A stretch of 32,254 nucleotides of DNA from Octopus sinensis (taxonomy: Eukaryota): NCBI RefSeq assembly GCF_006345805.1, contig NW_021829661.1:1-32254 (forward strand). Direction: 5' to 3'. The notes under the pieces are model-generated. The model had not been told where the DNA came from. It saw only the letters and a list, made by a program, of their open reading frames with translations, and ran no database searches. A program made the position numbers and the translations under genes. Positions 12,740-25,499 of the stretch are shown here, piece after piece (the stretch's first letter is position 1; each line of letters opens with the position of its first letter).

Positions 12740-12789
12740 CCGAGAAGTTAACATATACGCAGGATACCCCCACCCACCCACTCCTGCCC

Positions 12790-13420
12790 TTGAAGGGAAC
12801 CAGAAAGACAAAAATAATGTTTCAACCCGCTATTTATCCTAAAAAGTTCCAAAACGTAGATAGGAACATGCTGTCGTTGATAATAAAGCACTTCCCTGCT
12901 ATCCATAACTACTATAAGATTTTTAATCCACACAAAATTAAGGTTAGCTACACCTACTTAGAAAACATCGCTTCTAGCATCACACTCTACAATAGTCGCA
13001 AGCACACACCTACACAACCTCCAACTGCAACCTGTAACTTTCGAAACTCCGAAACTCACCAGACGCTCTACGAAAGTTCTTTTGGGTTACAAGACCGCTC
13101 TCACACCTTCTGATCACATCACAAGTCTTTACATGAACATGAGGGCTAATCACGCCAACCAAATGTACTCACATTATATTCCCTCAAATACAAGGATTAA
13201 GAAATCTGCGTCTTTTGGTCCCGCTTTATCTGGAGGCTTCACAGCATCCGGAATAACTCTCCCAAAATCGACTGGGTCCTCATTCATGAGGCCTAAACTC
13301 ACTCACCCAGCGCCCACAATTGCCAACTCTGCTTCTGCGAAAGATTGCATATTCTCTATCAATATGCAGTATCTCAATACAAAATCTTATTCTTGTCACC
13401 AGAGGCACGCCCTCCAGCTG
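12790..13420 (+). mobile_element. Decayed Penelope-like retroelement (Naiad-like) RT-EN linker and GIY-YIG endonuclease fragment
   Basis: Frame-shifted translation: RKTKIMFQP..LSLIIKHFPAIHNYYKIFNPHKIKVSYTYLENIASSITLYN..CNFRN / GYKTALT..LYMNM / SRFIWRL..IDW..HNCQLCFCERLHIL / LNTKSYSCHQRH. This matches from memory the PLE pattern WFNPP..LIDKHFP..KIFN..KVSYSC..CNCR..VY.A..YIG..SKYIW..C.LCL.EK..LN..CRH. Contains stops and frameshifts. Confidence 0.8.
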
Positions 13421-13436
13421 AACTTCAAGCTGTTCT

Positions 13437-13823
13437 TTGTTGTTTGTTTGTTTGTTTGTTGAGCGAAGCGGTCTTCATCCTTGGGGAAATCCGAAACGTG
13501 GTCCTTTGCTATTCGTAAGACCCGCAGAAGAGAAAGCCGGTCAACCTCCAACACCGAGAGCATCGACGGATGGATGAATGCGTATCCAGGCTGAGCGGTT
13601 TTCTATGAAGTCGGGGAAGAAAGAGTGAGAAGAAACAGGAAGAAAGAGTGAGAGTAATTTCGAACGAAAGAGTACAACAGGGGTCGCCACCACCCACTTC
13701 CGGAGATCGTGGAGCTTTAGGTGTTTTCGCTCAATAAACATATACAACGCCCGGTCTGGGAATCGAAACCGCACTCTTCCGACCACGAGTCCGCTGCCCT
13801 AACCACTGGGCCATTGTGCCTCC
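13437..13823 (-). mobile_element. tRNA-derived SINE with (CAAA)n tail, at the 3' end of the PLE remnant
   Basis: Minus-strand head GGAGGCACAATGGCCCAGTGGTTAGGGC..GGTTTCGATTCCC; (TTTG)n at 13437-13460 on plus. Confidence 0.8.
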
Positions 13824-13867
13824 TGAAGCTGCTGTCCGCCGACAACCCAGATATATCATTTTAGTAC

Positions 13868-14099
13868 TTATTTCTTTATTACCCACAAGGGGCTAAACAC
13901 AGAGGGGACAAACAAGGACATACATAGGTATTAAGTCGATTACATCGACCCCAGTGCGTAACTGGTACTTAATTTATCGATCCCGAAAGGATGAAAGGCA
14001 AAGTCGACCTCGGCGGAATTTGAACTCAGAACGTAACGGCAGACGAAATACCGCTAAGCATTTCGCCCGGCGCGCTAACGTTTCTGCCAGCTCACCGCC
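13868..14099 (-). mobile_element. SINE family A, full-length, young
   Basis: Nearly identical to 4467-4698; 14-bp TSD TATCATTTTAGTAC at 13854-13867 and 14100-14113. Confidence 0.9.
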
Positions 14100-14799
14100 T
14101 ATCATTTTAGTACCGTCTTCTCCATAACCAAGGTCAGGGTAAACTAACCTCTGTTGCCTCTACAGACAACAGGCTGACTTTCCAGCCTTACGCATTTTCT
14201 GTAACCTTCTACAATTCTATTAAAGTGTGTGTGTGAATACGAATACACATACTCGCGTACACACACGTACATTTATGAGTATGTGTGTGCGTTTGTGTAT
14301 GTGAATGTATGTGTGAATCTATGTGTGTGTGTCTGTGTTTTTCTTTCTTTCATTCTTCCTCTAGCACCACCAAAACTTCATCCAACATGAAATCTATTTA
14401 TACGCCGTTGTCACAGCGTGGAACCAAGCATAACACACCAGCGTATGAGTTCAGAATTCTTCTCATACACTAGTCCACTTGTGCGCACATCACAGCATAC
14501 CGGCATACACCAGACATACTCTCACGCACACACAAATACCACAAGTATGCTTATACACACACACACGTACACATGCTGCAAATGTAAACATACATACGTC
14601 AGTTCATACAGATACGTATGCACACGTTCATACATACACACACAAATACAGGCTTAGGCACATTCCCGCATACCAGACATATTCATAATCACACACACAC
14701 ACTCATATATGCATCGCAAACACGTACACACACACATATATACATACGCAGCAAATATTAATACAGTTCATATTACACATACATATACACATACAGCAA

Positions 14800-15017
14800 A
14801 TTTTGGTTTTAAATGTTAGCAGAGGGCCAGCAAGTCCGGAGGAGGGTATAAGTCAATTACATCGACCCCAGTGTACAACTGGTACGTATTCTATCGACTC
14901 TGGAAGTGATGAAGGGCGAAGTCGACCACGGCCCAACTTAAACTCAGAACGTTCAGACGGACGAAATGCCGCTAAGCATTTTCCCGATGTGTTAAAGGTT
15001 CTGGCATCTCATAGCCT
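14800..15017 (-). mobile_element. Diverged family A-related SINE
   Basis: AAGTCAATTACATCGACCCCAGTG..AACTCAGAACG..GACGAAATGCCGCTAAGCATT. Confidence 0.75.
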
Positions 15018-15634
15018 TAACACACACCAAATATTATAAATAAATATATACATACATCAAATACTGGCTCACAGGTCTGCATGCACACACCCATGTGCAC
15101 AATCAGAGCTCAGCACATATGCACGCATTAATTCACAGGTATACACTCATACACGCATATACACATCTGATACACACGCACGCATATACGCGCACACACC
15201 TACACAAACGCGTGCACACGCAACAACGAACTGACGCTGTCGGCTTACACACATACGGCGCATATATACACAACAGATGCACATGCATACGTCCCAGATA
15301 CCCAAGCTCATGCACTCATACAGCAGGTATGCCTACGCACACACACACACCTGTACAGGTAGCTAAAAATACTCAGTGAGATGCCACGGACATCTTGAAA
15401 CACGAGGCCCGAGAAATACAGATTGGATATTTATTTTATACCTTTCATATTTCTGATATTTTAATATTAGTATCAACACCATCATGCGACCCTCCTTGAC
15501 AACCAGCCCGATTTACAATTGCTAACTTGCACTTTTGTCCATCTCTTCATTCGATCCCCAATGCTTGATGAGCTAGGTTCGAATGACGAGCTTACGAATT
15601 GTTAAACTGTATGGGCTCGGAATAAATTGTTATT

Positions 15635-15790
15635 GGCTTCAAATTCTGCCGGGGGTAAGTTGATTACATCGATCTTACTGGTCAGCCAGTACTTGTTTTC
15701 TCGACTGCAAAATGATGAAAGGCAAAGTCTACCTCGACGGAATTGAAAGAAAGTTGGACGAATTGTCGCTCAGCTCCGCCAGTTCGACGC
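15635..15790 (-). mobile_element. Diverged family A-related SINE fragment
   Basis: GATTACATCGA..GATGAAAGGCAAAGTCTACCTCGACGGAATT. Confidence 0.65.
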
Positions 15791-16229
15791 TTTGGAACAA
15801 AGTATTATTAAAATATTATAAAACTCTAACTCCTGCCAAATATGTAGAGTGCTTGTTTCGATTGGCACACACAATGGGACAACAGCTATATTAATAATGA
15901 TTTCTACAAAAGTGACACAGACCTGGAGTTTGTCACTTTTCTATTCTTCTCGTTACATTTCAGCGCCACGTTTCTTAGCACTTTTCCTTCTCATATTTCT
16001 TCATGTTTTCTCTAAGACCAGCGTCCTGCTTTCCAAATTGATCTAACGGTATAAGATGTTCTTTCAAGGATTCTTTGAGAAACATGGCACATTACATAAA
16101 TTTGACAAATTATTGTAATCTACAACATGGAGTAAAAAAGAAGCGATTTTTAAAATTCCGTATATAGCAAATGATATTTAGCTTTCACTGGATGTACTGC
16201 TTCCTTGTTGATCCAATGGAAGATTAAAC

Positions 16230-17746
<1,517 letters not shown>

Positions 17747-18090
17747 TCCCTTATATGCATATATGGATAAGAGTTACTGTTTAATAATCTGTAACTCTCA
17801 CGCCGATCAAATAATTATGAATATGGCTGAGTCGTATGATGGAGAAACTTGAAATAATGCGAGGTTATTGCATGTATGTATTCATATATTGACGGCTATA
17901 TCGAACAAGCTGAGTGGGGGTGCTAGATTCCCTTGTTCGAAAATGTAAAGACACATATCGTGTCGTATAGCCAGCTGGAGACGATGTCTCCTGGGGCTAA
18001 ATTACAGCAACATTCGTCCTAAACTAGGACTACCATGTTATATTGGCAAACAATATTTACTACAAACTACTGTTGCTGAATATCTCACTC

Positions 18091-18333
18091 TCTTTACTCT
18101 TTACTCTTTTGCTTGTTTCAGTCATTTGACTGCAGCCATGCTGGAGCACCGCCTTTAGTCGAGCAGATCGACCCCGGGACTTATTCTTTTGTAAGCCCAG
18201 TACTTATTCTATCGGTCTCTTTTGCCGAACCGCTAAGTAACGCGGACATAAACACACCAGCATCGGTTGTCAAGCAATGCTAGGGGGACAAATACAGACA
18301 CACAAACACACACACATATATATATATATATAT

Positions 18334-18386
<53 letters not shown>

Positions 18387-18868
18387 TATATATATACTAA
18401 GCAATAAGGGTTTAGCAACGAATTGCCTTACCACATACCGAATTTAGAAATAGCAGTCAAAGAGTTATAGCTATTTCTTCTACTAAAAAGGGAGATCTCA
18501 GTAAAAATTGCTGTTTTTACTGAGATCTCCCTTTTTAGTAGAAGAAATAGCTATAACTCTTTGACTGCTATTTCTAAATTCGGTCTGTGGTAAGGCAATT
18601 CGTTGCTAAACCCTTTATTGCTTAGTATTACTTAAATTTTCCTCGAATGAGGCTTTTACATGCCGAAGACTACTTGGTGTAATTGATAATTATTCCAAAT
18701 TAATTAATTTCACCCTTCATTATATATATATATATATATAAATATATATATATATATTATATACAATATACGACGGGCTTCTTTCAGTTTCCGTCTACCA
18801 AATCCACTCACAAGGCTTTGGTCGGCCCGAGGCTATAGTAGAAGACACTTGCCCAAGGTGCCACGCAG
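18091..18868 (-). mobile_element. SINE family B interrupted by a palindromic insert in its internal (TA)n
   Basis: Tail at 18091-18315 and head at 18768-18868 are reverse complements of the 10165 and 28587 copies. Confidence 0.88.
18394..18628. repeat. Near-perfect long inverted repeat (114/115-bp arms, 6-nt spacer)
   Basis: 18394-18507 is the reverse complement of 18514-18628 with one mismatch and one 1-nt indel; spacer TTGCTG. Confidence 0.97.
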
Positions 18869-19540
18869 TGGGACTGAACCCGAACCATGTTGTTGGTAAA
18901 CAAGCTACTTACCACACAGCCACTCCTGAGATTTTAAAATAATAATTTTCTTAAATGGCTTCAGTTTCCTTTTTGTGAAATAGCAAATGAAGCCTATTTT
19001 CCAACGCACAAAGCAGCTTCTTGTTTTCAATTCGTTTTCTATGCTTCACCTTCTCATTAATCTCTCTGCTTCTCTCTCTCTCTGTCTCTCTCGCTCTTTC
19101 GCACACCCTTTGTCTACGAATATCTATATGTGTGTGTGAGAGTGTTTGTGTGTATCTACACATATCTATCTATCTTTCTTTCATTCATTCAATTTCCTAA
19201 ATATGTCTAACTAATGCCTATTAGACGCGTAATATATATTTTTTTAATATTTCGATTAACGACTATTTTTTTTTTCAATCTATTCTCCGCTACATAACGC
19301 TGCATTTCATGTCATTTATTATTTTATTAAACCTGACCCCTTTCAATAACAGCTCCTTTCATTTCTTATCCATTTCTCTCATTTTTCATTTAGGTTTTGT
19401 TTACGTCTGTTGTCCTGTCTCTTGTGAAAGTACGTCACATTGTTTTCTCTTTTGAAATGCGCCGAGTTATTTATGTTCGAACGCCGATAATAAAATAACG
19501 AACACTAGAAGAGCAATTGATCACATCTACACACGCATAG

Positions 19541-19588
<48 letters not shown>

Positions 19589-20369
19589 CTCTGTCTTTGT
19601 CTCTCTATCTCTTTTCCAAACACAGATATTCATACACACACGCCACACATACGCAGACAACAGATGGATGTTTACAAGTGAAAGACACCAATACAGAAAT
19701 ATATATGAAAAAACATGAAATTTATACAGAAGCTAATAGAGAAAATATAATTCCATAGCCTTATTTGTCGTGCGTAAACATTTCTCTTCAATTCCAAAAA
19801 AAATACATAATTCTTCTCTTTGTTGTCTCATTAATATTTTCGCTCGTTTTCCTAACAGCTCCTCAACAATAATAATTTTTCCGCTTTTCCATGAAATTCT
19901 TTCGCAATTTCAATTAGCCATTCTTATTCAAGAGGATCCCTTTCGCTTGAGGTCAATGATTTCAACGAAAGTTATTGAAATGAAAAGTGACGAAGACTTG
20001 ACTGAAAATTAATGCTTAATGAATCTATTACAGTGTAAGAAAAGAAATATTAATTGAATTTCATTGGTAATTGTCAATTGAAAAATGTTAAATATTACGA
20101 AGATGGTAGAAATAAGGATGATGGAAAATGGCGGACGGAGGCGAAACTAGGCTTTTTTTTTAATGATGGTGGAGACGTTATTGGTGTTGGAGATGGCGGT
20201 GGTTATGTCGGCGTTTGATTGTTGCTGGTCGATGAACGAAGGAACGATGGAAGCAGAGAGTTTTTGTCGTACTTTTTAAAAGAACCGGATAAAAGTACAA
20301 AATACGTGGTGGTGGGGGGGGGGGGGAGAAATTAACAATCTGTGACAATAATACTAATAGAACTTGATA

Positions 20370-20441
20370 ATGACAATAATAATTGTAATAATGATGGTGA
20401 TGATGATGATGATGATGATGAGGAGGAGGAGGAGGAGGATT

Positions 20442-20473
<32 letters not shown>

Positions 20474-20493
20474 GGGGTGGTGGTGGTGCTGCT

Positions 20494-20547
<54 letters not shown>
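20370..20547. repeat. Compound trinucleotide array GAT/GAG/GGT/GCT/GAT
   Basis: Directly visible. Confidence 0.95.
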
Positions 20548-20879
20548 ATTTACGATAATTACATAAAAATTGAATTTCTCATGTCCTCAATAATTTTCCT
20601 TTCTAACGTTCGTTGTCAAACCATTTTTCCATTAACCCATTCACATACACACTCATATACACACACGCACACGCAATCATGCACACACTGACAGCAACGA
20701 ACCACATCAGGCAACAACTCCATAATCACTCGTCTAAATGTGTCAATACAGAAGCAACAACAAGGTTTCCAGATCAAAAGTACTCATCTGTATATTCTCT
20801 TCTACCGAAAGAATATCCTTAATGTAGAAAGGACAACTATGTAATGAGCTTTCTGTTCAAAAAAATATATGAATACATA

Positions 20880-21134
20880 AAAAAAATAAATACGCCCTTT
20901 TAAAGCCTAGCTAGGCTCATGGTCCCAGTTTCCCGGTTTCAGTGGCGTATGTGTTCCCAGCTGGACGGGACTTCAGTCCATCTCAGCGTTACTCATTTTT
21001 GCCAGCTGAGTGGACTGGAGCAACGTGAAATGAAGTGTTTTACTCAAGAACACAACGCGTCGCCCGATCCAGGAATCGAAACCACAACTTTACGTTCATG
21101 ATGCTGACACCCTAACCACTAAGCCACGCGCCTC
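20880..21134 (-). mobile_element. tRNA-head CORE-like SINE (family C, tail variant 2)
   Basis: Same head and central block as 10977 but a different tail; 14-bp TSD TATATGAATACATA at 20866-20879 and 21135-21148. Confidence 0.9.
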
Positions 21135-21298
21135 TATATGAATACATACATATCGCTTAATAAACTAAAATTACAACCGGAAGAGAAATGAATAATTACA
21201 TTATATGAAAATTATAGTTAAGTAACATCCAAAATTCAAGTGGCTAAAAAATTAATTGACAGTAGCGCGTAAAACCAGAATTTAAATGGATCGTTGTT

Positions 21299-21377
21299 AC
21301 GTGAAATAGTGACTCCACACATGTCATGTTTCGGTATAATTATTTCTCCTCAGTGAAGCTTACTCTAACATTCACAT
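21299..21377 (-). ncRNA. Degenerate type I hammerhead ribozyme (probably inactive or weak)
   Basis: Minus strand: GCUUCA CUGAGGA GAAAUAAUUAUACC GAA ACAU-GAC-AUGU G UGGAGU. Stem I is 6 bp with a distal AUGUGAA/UUCACGU extension; stem III is 4 bp with a 3-nt loop. Stem II has two mismatches and the triplet is GUG rather than NUH. Confidence 0.6.
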
Positions 21378-21555
21378 ACTTGTTATCGAGCTGTCTATCA
21401 ATTGCCTGTCTGCTAGATCTTGCAATGACGTGTGGAATTACAATTTTGATCTGCAGACTATTAAATCGTCAATTTCCACATATTATTTACTCTCTACAGA
21501 AAACACGAAGAGCTGAAATCGAGGAAAGCTGGCCAACAGAATTTTTTTTTTAAAG

Positions 21556-21630
21556 TTCGTTATTTCTATATTGAATCAATTTCGGAAATAATTTCATAAT
21601 AGATTTTTCCTCTTCAGTAGAAAATACGAA
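21556..21630 (-). ncRNA. Type I hammerhead ribozyme, complete catalytic core
   Basis: Minus strand reads UUCGU-AU-UUUCUA CUGAAGA GGAAA-AAU-CUAUUAUGAA-AUU-A-UUUCC GAA AUUG-AUU-CAAU A UAGAAA-UA-ACGAA. CUGANGA, GAAA and the NUH triplet (AUA) are all present. Stem I is 6 bp + 2x2 internal loop + 5 bp; stem II is 5 bp (closing G-C) + 3 bp; stem III is 4 bp with a 3-nt loop. Predicted cleavage between 21569 and 21568. Confidence 0.85.
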
Positions 21631-22564
21631 AATACATAAATGAAATACTTACATGCGCCCATGGAAAAAAGCCGAAGCAAAAATCATGAGTACATATAAG
21701 AACCCCAGATATATCTAAAAATAAAATCCTTTGGTTAGCCTCAGCACACGTGGGAACTGTTCCCCACTACAGCTTATAGTGGTTACCAGTCCCTATAGCG
21801 AATAGTAATACGTCTGCTACGAATATAGGATGAAGCTTTTTTACAGAAAAAAAATTTCGTCAAAAATGTGGCAGCATATTAAAATACTTTTACGGTTAAA
21901 ATTATAAACAACTTATAAACAAGGGCCAAAGAAAATTATGCAATTGTTAACGATATGAAAGATTAATGAGCTTTAACGACAATGTTTATGAAGTAACTTA
22001 GGGAAAGGAATAGAAAATGGATTAAATCATATATAGTACATGGGATTAGTAGTGATAGTAGTTGTTAGTAATTTAGCATACGTTTCGGTTCTATTACAGC
22101 ACTTCAGCGAACTGCAAAACACTAACTTAGTAGAATTTCCAGTAACTTGAGAATATATAGTGAATTTAGTTTGTATTAAAACGCTTGAGTTATTGAAAAA
22201 ATTTCGAAACCAAGTTACAAAAATTTCCCAGAAACATCCCAATATTATCTAAATAACGAAATAAAAACGAATTAAGGAAACGTTGTGCTTGGAACGTAGT
22301 CCATTGTGATGTTGGTTCTACACAGATACAGATGGATATTCCGTCGCCAAATTCGTAGGCAGAGGCGCAGTGAATGAATGAGTGGTTAATCTTAAACTAG
22401 TATTCGGCGGTGTCATTCTTTCATTCTTCATCAATAAAAGAGAAGGAAAGAAACGAAGGAAAGGAATAATCAGGGATTTAGTCAAAATTTAAGGTCACTT
22501 AGTCTCCCGAGAATGTTTGTCGGCGAAGTGTAAATCTTCATAACTTTATCAGTCGCTGTGTTCT

Positions 22565-22639
22565 CAGCAGCAGCAGCTGCAGTGCTGGTGGTAGTAGTAG
22601 TAGTAGTAGTAGTAGCAGCAGCAGTAGTAGTAGTAGTAA

Positions 22640-22673
<34 letters not shown>

Positions 22674-22769
22674 TCGTAGTAGTAGTAGTTAGTTGAAGTT
22701 TTAGCAGCAGTAAACTTGTATGCGTTTCTTCTCTCTCCTTATATATATACTCACACATACCACGCATTT

Positions 22770-22813
<44 letters not shown>

Positions 22814-22890
22814 CATATGTATATATATATATATTATATATATATATATATATATACACTCATACACACGTACACATACAACACAGACAC

Positions 22891-22942
<52 letters not shown>

Positions 22943-22975
22943 TATATAAGGATGTATGTATGTATATATTTATGT
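22565..22975. repeat. (CAG)n/(TAG)n array followed by (TA)n arrays
   Basis: Directly visible. Confidence 0.9.
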
Positions 22976-23486
22976 ATGTATGATATCAAAGGAGGTTCTC
23001 TCTATCCGTGAACATATTTGAAGTCTGTTGTGACCGATCCCTGTAGATTTCGCTTCTTTTATATTTAGACTGTTCAATTCCTTTACGTAACTAACGTTTC
23101 TTGTTTTTAATTCTTCTTCGTCTCCACAAGAATTCTTTGATAATATATCGATTCCTGCAAGCAATTTTATTTCTACAATTTTTTCTTCTTCTTTTTTCCT
23201 TTTCTTAGTCTCAGCACTTTCATATTATTCAAACTGGCATTTTGTTTGCTTTTGCTTTTATTTTTATTTTTCGAAAATGTTTTATTGTTATGTAATTCTT
23301 CGTATCTCTTACCAAATTCTGTAGAGTTTTAGTTAAAGAGGGAAAATTCCTCGTCAACATTTCTATCAGCCCCATCTTCATACAACCGAATATTTTTCTT
23401 TTTAATACGGACCAACCTACGAAAGATAGAGAGAGAAAGAGAAAGCGTCGTACACTGCTTTGCCAAAGGAAGACGATAGATTTTAA

Positions 23487-23561
<75 letters not shown>

Positions 23562-23734
23562 ATATATATCTATATATACGCTATATATATATATATATTG
23601 AACACAGTTGACAGCCATATGTCTTTCACACGCGATTGCCTTCATTTGATAGAATTCTTGAAATCGAGTTGACATGGGATGACAAGATAGTTAAAAGGAT
23701 GAGCTCTCCAGGAATCTCCGTCCATATAAGAGAT

Positions 23735-23762
23735 CCAATACGTTTCTCCTTCATCAGCCAAG
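23735..23762 (-). ncRNA. Hammerhead core remnant (stem II lost)
   Basis: Minus strand: UUGG CUGAUGA AGGA GAAACGUA UUGG. Both boxes and the ACGU-H minimal stem III are present, but there is no stem II and stem I is wobble-only. Confidence 0.4.
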
Positions 23763-24117
23763 GCACTCCCATATCTCTCTTCCTGCTTCCCCACGCTGCA
23801 CATTATTTGGATTGGCGTATAGTAAAACGGATAAATGATGGATTCTTTATCAAAAGAAACTTCTCTTACATACAAAAAAGATATTGGGTACATATCCGAC
23901 CACGAGAAAATGAACTTCATTTCAATAATACATTTACAATAAAGGAATGAAATTAATATCAATTTAATCTAAATTTAATCACGTCGTATAGAAACCCGGG
24001 AAATATTCCTAGCTTATTAGGGCTTTTTAGTGAAGTGTAAACTTCAGAATGATTAAGAGATCGAATCGTGCAAGATCATTATATGTATATATATGTATAT
24101 ATATATATATATATATA

Positions 24118-24187
<70 letters not shown>

Positions 24188-24350
24188 GGATAAATGTAAA
24201 AAACACAAACTGGGACAAGAACGCAAAACATTTAGAAGACGATACAAAAAAAAACGGACGGGACATTCGAAGCCTTCGATCTTCAGTCAAAAACCGGATC
24301 ATCTTCGCAATTTCGGCTGATTATTTTGAGATTGCTCTGACCTGGTCATA
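24188..24350. repeat. Interspersed repeat abutting (TA)n, homologous to 2388-2670
   Basis: Same shared blocks as 2388-2670; starts directly after a (TA)n array in the same relative orientation. Confidence 0.65.
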
Positions 24351-24354
24351 TCTT

Positions 24355-24695
24355 CGTTGTTATACTTGTATTGCTTGTTTCAGTATTTACTGATGCTGGA
24401 TAATCGAGCAAATCGACCGGGACTAGTAAGCCCAGTATTGTAAAATATATATATAATACAAAGTAAGGAGTAAAAAAGTAAAAAGGTAGAGGAAGTACGG
24501 TTAGGCAGCTTGTCCCACCATTATAGCTTGACGACCGGTGTTGGTGTATTTATGTACCCGCAAATAAGAGGTTCGGTAAAAGAGACCGATAGAATAAGTA
24601 CTAGGCTTACAAACAATAAGTCCTACACTAGATTTGCTCTACTAAATGCGGTGCTCCAGCATGGCCGCAGTGAAATGACTGAAACAATTAAAGTA
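24355..24695. mobile_element. Two family B tail fragments in opposite orientation (about 24355-24440 minus, 24505-24695 plus)
   Basis: CTTGTTTCAGT..TCGAGCAAATCGACC..GTAAGCCCAGTA and GGTTCGGTAAAAGAGACCGATAGAATAAGTACTAGGCTTACAAA..GCGGTGCTCCAGCATGGCCGCAGT. Confidence 0.75.
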
Positions 24696-24749
24696 ATACA
24701 AAAAACGCATGTGTGAATGAATCTATGTATGTGTTTATGTTTGCATGTG

Positions 24750-24800
<51 letters not shown>

Positions 24801-25429
24801 TCGTGCGTGTTCATAATCTCTTCCGGCATGGGCGTTACAACTTCCTATAAGGAAGTGTGGAGCGCAATAGATGCGTGACTATTAATATGTTTACAAAAAT
24901 TAACACAATATTATCCCCGGATTATAAAAACTACTGTTGTAGTGAAAAGACAGGAGTGTAATGGACGTACGGAATCAAATCTAGATCTGTATTAAGTCCA
25001 CTGGTGGCATCTTGGGGACAGGACATGTTTTTCAACCAGACAGGCGATTAGTGTACCAGACCAAAACAAAAATGTTCCATCAAGTAGGATTCTTTATAGT
25101 TTCCCTTTACAGAATTCCATTCACTATGATTTAGAATCTGTCCCCCTGAGGCTATAATAGGAGATTCCATCGTACGGTGCCAAAAAGGGGTAATCGAATC
25201 GGAAACAATTAAATTGTTGTGAAGCGATGTCTTTTACGACAGAGCTACGCCTAACTTCACTCCTCTGTGGATGTCTATTGTCATCGAATTGTTGGGTGCT
25301 TAATTCAGCGAATCTGGATAAATAAAAAAGACCTCACAAGGTTTCCAAACAGTTTAGAAATCAGAATTTTCTCTAATAAATACAAACTAGAGCAGGAAAA
25401 CATCTTCTGCTTCAGTTTCATTCACGTAA

Positions 25430-25455
25430 GATGCTGCTGCTGCTGATGATGATGG

Positions 25456-25499
<44 letters not shown>

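Noticed and set aside
21800-21863. UUGACGA on minus, spaced about 245 nt from neighbouring hammerhead cores
   Set aside because: No stem II or properly placed GAAA and NUH; the spacing may be coincidence.
23636-23962. Overlapping 104- and 106-aa ORFs on both strands
   Set aside because: No recognisable domain; lies in a TA-bounded repeat-like island.
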